Shown here: one piece after another, positions 40,801-46,834 of the stretch
Layout: every line of letters begins with the position of its first letter
How positions within the stretch are numbered: the first letter of the stretch is position 1
Source: Candidatus Altimarinota bacterium
GTDB lineage: Bacteria > Patescibacteriota > Gracilibacteria > UBA1369 > GCA-2718715
DNA: 64,000 nt
Assembly: GCA_041242255.1 (NCBI GenBank)
Contig: JBESAV010000001.1
Span: forward strand, 416,001 to 480,000
Reading direction: 5' to 3'
Translations under genes and position numbers: made by a program
The notes under the pieces: model-generated
The model's database searches: none
What the model saw: the letters and a program-made list of their open reading frames with translations, nothing else
Told to the model about the DNA's origin: nothing

Positions 40801-43181
40801 GAGGTTAAAAAGTTTTCTCTGAACTCATACCTATATTGTTGCTGAGAAGTTTTCGAAACAGGATCATAGTAAAACCCATCTTCTATTTTTTCATAATAAG
40901 TTCCATAAATAGTTGCAGTCACACCTTTTCCAGTATCTGGATCACCGATGAACTCACTTCTGTAATAACCCCTCGAATCAGAGGTGGCATTTGCTAGGTT
41001 AACTTCATTAAGTTTTGCAGTGAGATTATATAAATCATCATCACTAGAAACATCATTTATTAATTGCATATAAACATCTTCCTCAAACACCAAAACTTCA
41101 GTCTGTGCACTTATCTCTCCTTGTTCAGGACTACCAGTTCTAAGGTAAATATTTCTAGAGTTTGGTCCATAACTAAATTCATCATCAGATCTATATGCAG
41201 TCGCACTGATAACTCCTTGTCCGTTCTCATCTAACTGCAGAGTGCTTTCTGAATTGTTGTAGTAATTTTGAGAAATATAATCACTGTACTGAACTTCTAG
41301 ATTTGGCACAGGTGTTCCATCAAAGAACTTAGCCTCAACCTCAATATCAACTGTTTCACCAGCAAACATGGAGTCTCGACTAGGAGTAGCAATCAACTGG
41401 TAAGCCGGCGTCTCAAAATCAACAATCTGCAAGCTCGAAGTAGAAATCACTTCATCATCTTTCTCTACTTGTAGTGTGTAGTAACCCGGTTCAATACCCT
41501 CAAAACTCAAAGATCCTTTAATCGTATCAAAGCTACTCACAACCGCCGTAGAAGAGGCAAGTTTATTATCATCCCAGTAACCATAGTAGTAGTAACTTCC
41601 ACCAGTCAAACTAACAGTTACTTTATCATTTTTTAGATCATCCTCTCGACCTTTAACCACTCCCCAAAAGTTTATCTCATCCGTAGGCCTATAAACATAA
41701 CGATCACTACTCAAGAAATTCCAATATCTATCAGCTTTAGGATAATAAAAACCATACCAGTTTGAATCTTCCATCATACTCAAATATGTTTCACCATTCC
41801 ATTCAACCATAAACGAACTAGGCCTATTATCTCCCATACCTTCAGATCTTTCTTTAAGGTAATCAGGCGCATTGTAATTCAATAATCCTTTCTCATTAGT
41901 TCGACCAAGGTCAGTAGTCTCACCACCTCCGATCAAACTAACATCAGCTCCATCCAAGAAAGATCCATTCTCAAAATCATACAACCATAATAACCCCGTT
42001 TCACTTGTATAAGTGTAGTAGTGGGCTAGGGGAGAAACCTGGAACCAAACAATCGACCTATCTCCATTATTACTATTTTCAATCTCAATTGCATATGTCC
42101 CAGTTTCCAGCTCATCTGCTAGATAAAGCACTCTTGAGTAATTTTGCTCAACAATCTCCGGCGAAACCTCATATAGTTTTGTAGCTTTCTCCAAACTCAA
42201 CTCATCATCAAAACTATTTTTATAAATTGAAGTCCAGTACCAGTTCCAATTCTTACTCTGACCATACTCTTCCATAAAGTCCTCAGTCGATTCGTATCTA
42301 TAAATACTTGTCGTATAATCTTCGTTAAATCCTTCTGTATCTAGCTCAGTATAACCAATACTAAAGAACTTATCTCCTCCTGGGAAAAAGCTTTCGTAAT
42401 CACTCCAGAAATTGATACCTCTTTCATTATAAGCCTCTGAAGATGTTTCAAATGTAAACACAAAGTCCTCTCCAAAGCTAGAATCTCTCTCATCAAACAA
42501 AGCTTGATCAACCGTCACAGTGTAAACTGTACCTTCTTGCATCCCAGCATGCACCAAAACTAGTTTCTCATCTTCTACTCGCACATCATAGTCCAAACTA
42601 GGCTCCACACTCACAAAACTAGCATCACCTTCAGTAACATCTTCGTTAAATTCAATCTCTATCGAAGAATCAATTGGCACATACGTCCCTCTGTTTCTTG
42701 GTAAACTAGATATCACCTGAAAGTCAGCTTCCACAGCAAAAGCCCAAGAATAATCTCTATTAGACTCTATGTTTGCCACCAAAAGCTCACCTTTAGGCAG
42801 CTCAACACTCGGAGTTAGAGTATATGAGTAGGTAGCATTACTATTTAGCTCTGCCCCCTGTGCTTTAGCTTGAGGAATCATACTCAGTATTCCACCTTGC
42901 TTCTCAACTTTAAACTCAATTTCAGGCTCAAAACTCACCAACTCTCTCACATCACTCTCAGATAATTCAACCTTACTATCCAGTGTGAAAGAAGATCCAG
43001 CTTTAGTCACAAAGTCTTCAAAAGTATCATTAGCTCTCAAGCTAAACAAAGTTTCTTCATCACTTTTATCAAAGTCATTAATCCCACTATCAAAAAGCAA
43101 ATCTCTGTACATAAAACCAACACCCACCAAAAGAATCACCAATAGGGAAGTCACTATTGGTAGAATAAATTTCTTATTCAT
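37809..43181 (-). CDS. bacterial alpha-2-macroglobulin family protein with Ig-like (Big_5) domain and internal Hint domain
   Basis: N-terminal TM; Big_5-like FQVISSLP..IEIEFNEDV; MG motifs SDRYVYRPTD, FFDGTP, TDKDRYRPGE, VNLASVDEALF; post-bait RSEF..LPDNLTSWRI; C-terminal IIDYLPSGL..YFARVV. Confidence 0.9.
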   Translation of the reverse strand: MNKKFILPIVTSLLVILLVGVGFMYRDLLFDSGINDFDKSDEETLFSLRANDTFEDFVTKAGSSFTLDSKVELSESDVRELVSFEPEIEFKVEKQGGILSMIPQAKAQGAELNSNATYSYTLTPSVELPKGELLVANIESNRDYSWAFAVEADFQVISSLPRNRGTYVPIDSSIEIEFNEDVTEGDASFVSVEPSLDYDVRVEDEKLVLVHAGMQEGTVYTVTVDQALFDERDSSFGEDFVFTFETSSEAYNERGINFWSDYESFFPGGDKFFSIGYTELDTEGFNEDYTTSIYRYESTEDFMEEYGQSKNWNWYWTSIYKNSFDDELSLEKATKLYEVSPEIVEQNYSRVLYLADELETGTYAIEIENSNNGDRSIVWFQVSPLAHYYTYTSETGLLWLYDFENGSFLDGADVSLIGGGETTDLGRTNEKGLLNYNAPDYLKERSEGMGDNRPSSFMVEWNGETYLSMMEDSNWYGFYYPKADRYWNFLSSDRYVYRPTDEINFWGVVKGREDDLKNDKVTVSLTGGSYYYYGYWDDNKLASSTAVVSSFDTIKGSLSFEGIEPGYYTLQVEKDDEVISTSSLQIVDFETPAYQLIATPSRDSMFAGETVDIEVEAKFFDGTPVPNLEVQYSDYISQNYYNNSESTLQLDENGQGVISATAYRSDDEFSYGPNSRNIYLRTGSPEQGEISAQTEVLVFEEDVYMQLINDVSSDDDLYNLTAKLNEVNLANATSDSRGYYRSEFIGDPDTGKGVTATIYGTYYEKIEDGFYYDPVSKTSQQQYRYEFRENFLTSKQGVTNGEGEFEFTFEPTEQQKDLYTSYYVILSSTDDRGVNFETKNYIGYRSFGFYDDSRITLSLNSRSQEPELKIGEEFELELDVPEEKTLQSEEYLYYGYQTAIDDFEVTPSENVSKVFKEEFIPGFAYQAVVLTETGFEDTNRVIASYDELQSELSINMQTDKDRYRPGERVEIEMEVTDVNGDPVKAEVNLASVDEALFHVLPYEYEKDILSTLYIDNIDSPQSGANKNERLEAANMDAGAEQGGCFLPGTMVLMSNGESKPIEEVRVGDQVLSFANENSGNKKIVTVQGVHSYLVDGYMIINDELEVTGEHEIFLNGKWRLAGMAEVGDELIGENGEIVRIEKIEYVNKPATRVYNLNVDKTHTYFADGIYVHNAEKGGAERSEFKDVSLFDTFETNAGGSATAFFDLPDNLTSWRISAKAFENERILAGQDNIKVPVSLPVFAATSINDTYLLEDKPVMEIRAYGEDLVIGDEIDYVLEIESLGILEEVTSSETSYGFQIEELQLGIHEAKLTVRQGDNADTLVLPFEVIESYGQRLAFEDVLIDSTGAVGLEVPAEGMVDLELATVGKGKFLPELRSGLYVVNNRLDQIVTRNYIVDLMSEQFGNNEPEKIDLNLNDYYVPDNNGLALFTYGDADLELTALVSDILGDDILKAKTSSYLREQMVNKTADIERTSIALYGLASLGENVLAELKEVARSSENTKLGEIYVALGLEKMGDKEGARAMYNNSISSDLVEGQFTQLNNLLRARIGLPVDGEALEVFESDGSVYGIAGVMAMEKVISNVELVESLVSLRIGDEVMEFDLSDGFSRYEKITKAQAEALEVESIDGEVMLVASYRESGDLAGNSQNLSISKRYLVDGVETSQFESGDLVRVVIDIEDSIYNEDEYKNYQIIDYLPSGLRPVINNVTRYQFNSETCSYNWYGGKSVGNVITFSRSSYSLERYNNCNDGEISYFARVVSDGEFKVQGAQIKEYDADNVARGEDGNITIR
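39663..40052 (-). other. Hint / bacterial intein-like (BIL) domain, aa 1044-1173 of the A2M
   Basis: CFLPGTMV (block A), VTGEHEIF (block B TxxH), VYNLNV..HTYFADGIYVHN (blocks F/G). The +1 residue is Ala, and there is no endonuclease domain. Confidence 0.93.
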
Positions 43182-43241
43182 AAATTAAAATTAGATTTGC
43201 TGGAATTATAGCAATCTCAATTTAAATACACAAAAATTGTT

Positions 43242-44639
43242 CTAGACCAAAGTCCCTTCTAGTAACCAATCAGTCGACTTGTCCACATAAACATCAACCA
43301 TTTGTCCAATCAAACTTTCATCACCATCAAATGCAACTTCCTTGTAGTGTTCAGTCCTCCCTTGATACTTTCCAACTCTTTCATTGTATCTTTCCACCAA
43401 AACCTTCACCGTTTTTCCTTCAAACACATCATGTCTTGCTCTAGCACTTTTTCTTAGCACTTCATTCATACTGTGCCACCTTCTTTTCTTTTCCTCTCTA
43501 GAAACAGTATCTTCCATCAACATTTCTGCCGGTGTTCCTTTCCTAGGTGAAAACTGACTGATGAAAGCTAGATCAAATCCAATCTCCTCAAAAAACTCAC
43601 AACTTTCCTTAAACATCTCTTCTGTCTCACCACAAAAACCAACAATCATATCAGTTGATATAGAGCAATCAGGCATATATTTTCGAATAGTTTTCACAAT
43701 CTCCCTAAACTTCTCAGTATCATAATTACGATTCATTTTCTTCAGCATAGCATTCGAACCAGACTGCAAAGGCAAGTGAATATATGGCATCAAGGTTCTT
43801 CCGTCAGCAATGGTTTTAACAACTTCTTCAGTGATATCCTGCGGGTGCGGTGAAGTAAATCTAAGTCTCTCAAGCCCTTCAATCGTATCCAATTTCTTCA
43901 AAAGTTGCACAAAAGGATTCTCATGATACTCAAACAAACCACTTTTCTTATCTTCCCAGCTCATACCAAAACTATTCACGTTTTGCCCAAGCAAAGTAAT
44001 CTCTAAGCAACCATTCTCCACAAGCTCAAGCGCCTCTTTATAAACAGACTCAATCGGACGGCTCTTTTCACGCCCACGAGAGTAGGGAACTATACAATAA
44101 GTACAAAACTTATCACACCCAGACATGATTGGAATATACGCCTGAAAGTCATTTATATATTTAGGCTGAATCTTAAAGTAATTCTCAAGATCAGCTTCTT
44201 TCTGCTCTAATTCAGAAAACTTAGGATCAACTTCAGTCAGCAATTCACCAAGCTTAGGCAGATCAGCAATCGGAAAAACTATATCCAAACAGTCCACTCT
44301 ATTCAGCAATGGATCTTTCTCTTTTGATTTCCTAGTAGATGCAGTTCTAGTCATGCAACCAGTTATCCCAACCAATAATTTATCATTCTTCCTCTTCAAC
44401 TTCTTCATATGTTTCATCATCCCAAGCACCTTATCTTCAGCCTTCTGTTTGATAGAACAAGTATTGAATATAATGAAATCAGCCTCAGCCTCCTCTTCAG
44501 TTGGCTTATAACCATAACTTTCAAGCAATCCACTCAATCTTTCTGAATCAGAATGATTCATCTGACATCCATGAGTTCGGACCAAATACTTTAACTCTTT
44601 TTCTTCTACAAAGTTCATATCAAACTTTAAATCAATCAA
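43242..44639 (-). CDS. miaB: tRNA-2-methylthio-N6-dimethylallyladenosine synthase MiaB
   Basis: GCQMNHSDSE, NTCSI, GCM, GCDKFCTYCIVPYSRG, LLGQNVNS and a TRAM domain. Confidence 0.95.
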   Translation of the reverse strand: MIDLKFDMNFVEEKELKYLVRTHGCQMNHSDSERLSGLLESYGYKPTEEEAEADFIIFNTCSIKQKAEDKVLGMMKHMKKLKRKNDKLLVGITGCMTRTASTRKSKEKDPLLNRVDCLDIVFPIADLPKLGELLTEVDPKFSELEQKEADLENYFKIQPKYINDFQAYIPIMSGCDKFCTYCIVPYSRGREKSRPIESVYKEALELVENGCLEITLLGQNVNSFGMSWEDKKSGLFEYHENPFVQLLKKLDTIEGLERLRFTSPHPQDITEEVVKTIADGRTLMPYIHLPLQSGSNAMLKKMNRNYDTEKFREIVKTIRKYMPDCSISTDMIVGFCGETEEMFKESCEFFEEIGFDLAFISQFSPRKGTPAEMLMEDTVSREEKKRRWHSMNEVLRKSARARHDVFEGKTVKVLVERYNERVGKYQGRTEHYKEVAFDGDESLIGQMVDVYVDKSTDWLLEGTLV

Positions 44640-44752
44640 ATTATATAAATTTATCCAAAAAACTCAACCAATCCCAACCCCATCTACAAGCTATTCTGTA
44701 ATCCCAAAACCTAATCTACAAAACAAACATACAAATAATGCAAATACATTAC

Positions 44753-44781
44753 TTGTACACTTATTAAAAATTTGGTATAGT
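44753..44781 (+). promoter_or_regulatory. sigma70 promoter TTGTAC-17-TATAGT with extended -10 TG
   Basis: ttgtac acttattaaaaatttgg tatagt. Confidence 0.7.
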
Positions 44782-44786
44782 TATAC

Positions 44787-45250
44787 GAAGTCCAAAGAAA
44801 AAGGCTTCACAAAAGAAGTGAGAACAGACGTAGTTGACTCAAACGGTGCGCACCCAGAGTAATAAACTCACAGATCATTTACAGACAGAGACACAGCCAA
44901 AGAGTAGAGACTGAAATCTATACTCAATCAAAACTTTTAGTTTCCCTCTTTTGCTTTGTGATTGGATAAGAACTAACCATTCTTACCCGATATAAACCCT
45001 TTGCTTGGTAGACTATTTTTTAGCCTTGTGCCTTGTCACACTATCAAATCTTCTACACAAAAACAAGCGGTCCGGTGGTAAGACTTGAAACTAACCGAAG
45101 CACAGCAAAAGATAAACTGGATAGATGGTTACTATCAATCGGAAAGCCTTCCTAGACCGAAAGTTCCCGGTGATTGACGTAATTTTTAATCACTATCAAG
45201 GGAACAGTCTAAGAAAGCCTGCCGAGGAAGACCCTTAGGGGTCTTTTTTT
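44787..45250 (+). ncRNA. putative large structured non-coding RNA of about 460 nt, family not recognised
   Basis: No long ORF; bounded by a promoter and a terminator; many nested helices and complementary hairpin loops (see findings). Confidence 0.7.
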
Positions 45251-45251
45251 T
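45228..45251 (+). terminator. intrinsic terminator
   Basis: aagaccc-ttag-gggtctt followed by a T-run. Confidence 0.85.
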
Positions 45252-45333
45252 ATGTTCTATGCTCAAAAATAAACTTACACTCTTTGCAAAAAGCGCAATT
45301 TGTGTTATCATTCTTTAATGATAATAAAAGTTT

Positions 45334-45504
45334 ATGGCCCTACTATTCACGGAGTCTAGAAAGCTATTCATAATTTTCACAACCGTTTTACTGCTTGTTT
45401 TCTCTGTATCTACACTTTTCCTCTGGGATAACCACGAAATGGGGGACATAGCCGACCACGGAAAAGCCAGCTCCCTCCACGCCCCAAGCGTAGTTCCATA
45501 TTAA
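45334..45504 (+). CDS. 56-aa single-TM small protein, not in the ORF track
   Basis: MALLFTESRKLFIIFTTVLLLVFSVSTLFLWDNHEMGDIADHGKASSLHAPSVVPY*. Preceded by TTGCAA-16-(TGn)TATCAT at 45284-45311. Confidence 0.6.
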   Translation: MALLFTESRKLFIIFTTVLLLVFSVSTLFLWDNHEMGDIADHGKASSLHAPSVVPY

Positions 45505-45512
45505 AATATTTC

Positions 45513-45540
45513 AAAAAAAACCAACCTTTTACAGTTGGTT
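45513..45540 (-). terminator. intrinsic terminator of 45560..45883
   Basis: Minus strand aaccaact-gtaaaa-ggttggtt followed by a T-run. Confidence 0.8.
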
Positions 45541-45559
45541 AGCATTCAAAACAAAGATT

Positions 45560-45883
45560 CTATCCACCTCCTTCTAGGAATCTTTCCCTAGTGTTTTCAT
45601 AGGTCTTAATAGCTAGATTGTACCGAGCATCGTGGTCATAACCCTCTTCGTTTTTTGTAGAAAGGTCCTCATACAATTCATCTCGAGATATACCACGGTC
45701 ATCCTGGTAGCCTCTAATTAAAAACTCTGGAAACCAAAAACAAGTTTCATTTTCCTTTTTTTCAGCTAGAGGTACATTTTTCCCATCTTCAAAACGTTTA
45801 ATGACATGAAAAATTTGAATTAGTCTCTCTTCTCTAATTGGATTAGAGATTTTAGGGAAAACATCAAAGCTTTTCAGCTCCAT
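45560..45883 (-). CDS. hypothetical protein (cassette A)
   Basis: 107 aa; SD AAGGAG; own promoter and terminator. Confidence 0.75.
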   Translation of the reverse strand: MELKSFDVFPKISNPIREERLIQIFHVIKRFEDGKNVPLAEKKENETCFWFPEFLIRGYQDDRGISRDELYEDLSTKNEEGYDHDARYNLAIKTYENTRERFLEGGG

Positions 45884-45907
45884 TGGAAACTCCTTTTCTT
45901 TGTTTTT

Positions 45908-45991
45908 TGAATGAACATTAGTGAGAACTAAACACCACTATGGATTTAGCTTCAACATTTGCATTAAATACTTAAAAAGTTGATATATCAA
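45908..45991 (-). promoter_or_regulatory. promoter TTGATA-17-TTTAAT plus leader hairpin, copy A
   Basis: Similar to 46392-46475; stem gaagctaaat-cca-tag-tgg-t-gtttagttc. Confidence 0.65.
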
Positions 45992-46004
45992 GTAAGGTAT
46001 CAAT

Positions 46005-46035
46005 AAAAAAAAGACCACCTTTCAAAGGCAGTCTT
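46005..46035 (-). terminator. intrinsic terminator of 46045..46374
   Basis: Minus strand aagactgcct-ttgaa-aggtggtctt followed by a T-run. Confidence 0.8.
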
Positions 46036-46044
46036 CTGAAACAT

Positions 46045-46374
46045 TCAGTAAGATAAGTCTTCCATTAAACGTTGCCTAAAACCTTCTAAATCATCATCTT
46101 CATGCCAGAACATTGAAAATTCACAGTTTTCAATCTTCAAGAAATAAAACCCAGTTGCATCATCAAATTGAATTTCTGACAAAGCTTCTGAATTATTCAT
46201 CGCATTAAAGTTTTCAGTACTTATCCATTTGTAATAAGGCATAAACTTATAGCAACACCCACTGTCAATCAGTATAGGACTAAACCTTTCACTATAGTCA
46301 ACTAAAATTTCAATTATCCTTTTAGCCTTTTTCAGTTCAAGTCCATATCTTTGTCTACTCGTAAAGTGCAGCAT
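46045..46374 (-). CDS. hypothetical protein (cassette B)
   Basis: 109 aa; SD AGGAGGT; own promoter and terminator. Confidence 0.75.
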   Translation of the reverse strand: MLHFTSRQRYGLELKKAKRIIEILVDYSERFSPILIDSGCCYKFMPYYKWISTENFNAMNNSEALSEIQFDDATGFYFLKIENCEFSMFWHEDDDLEGFRQRLMEDLSY

Positions 46375-46391
46375 ACTTACCTCCTATTGTA

Positions 46392-46475
46392 TGAATGAAC
46401 AGTTACAGAAGTTAAACTCGACAATCGATTCAACTTCATTGAGTTCATTAAAGTGTAGATGCCTGCTTTTGTCAA
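46392..46475 (-). promoter_or_regulatory. promoter TTGACA-17-TTTAAT plus leader hairpin, copy B
   Basis: Stem gaagttgaat-cga-ttg-tcg-a-gtttaacttc, then gttcattca as in copy A. Confidence 0.68.
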
Positions 46476-46519
46476 ATCTAAGGTCTACCAGTATAATATC
46501 TAGAACCTATCAATAAAAT

Positions 46520-46834
46520 ATGAAACATTTCTTCATCACTATCCAAACCCATTTATATATAGAGGATAAACTTCAAGATTGCATCAATTTCTCTACATAC
46601 TACATTCAAGCCAAAGACGAGTCTGAAGCCACTCAATATATAAAGAAGCTTCAACCAATTACATATAAAAATATCAATGACCAAACCTGCCAGTGGAGAT
46701 TTCATCGAATTCAATCAATCGATCAATTATCAGATCTTTCAACATCAAAAGAGATCTCAGGTTTCATAGTTTCACCCCAAGACCTCCAGTCAGACTTAAA
46801 AAACTCTACAAAGCTTACTTCACAACAAAGTTAA
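46520..46834 (+). CDS. DUF4288-like small protein
   Basis: Pattern IQAKDESEA..YKN..QTCQWRF..I..L....EI resembles DUF4288. Confidence 0.6.
   Translation: MKHFFITIQTHLYIEDKLQDCINFSTYYIQAKDESEATQYIKKLQPITYKNINDQTCQWRFHRIQSIDQLSDLSTSKEISGFIVSPQDLQSDLKNSTKLTSQQS

Noticed and set aside
44845-44872. GGTGCGCA resembles the XerC arm of dif
   Set aside because: No TTATGTTAAAT-like XerD arm follows, and the skew does not switch.
44890-45212. Group I intron-like words (CAGCCAA, GUAGAGACUG with CAGUCU) and group II-like GUGCG
   Set aside because: I could not build P3/P4/P6 or a domain V, there is no interrupted host gene, and both segments have good local hairpin partners. A derived ribozyme is not fully excluded.
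45125-45238. 37-aa ORF MVTINRKAF..EEDP inside the RNA
   Set aside because: Short, has no SD, lies wholly within paired helices and runs into the terminator; probably chance.
44787-45250. tmRNA, RNase P, SRP, T-box or cobalamin riboswitch identity for the large RNA
   Set aside because: No GGGG..TCCACCA ends or tag ORF, no GAGGAAAGUCC in a workable position, no SRP core and no UGGNACC T-box. The downstream gene has its own promoter. An Rfam search is still needed.
45908-46475. Leader hairpins as integron attC sites
   Set aside because: They sit between promoter and SD rather than after stop codons, and lack RYYYAAC/GTTRRRY ends.
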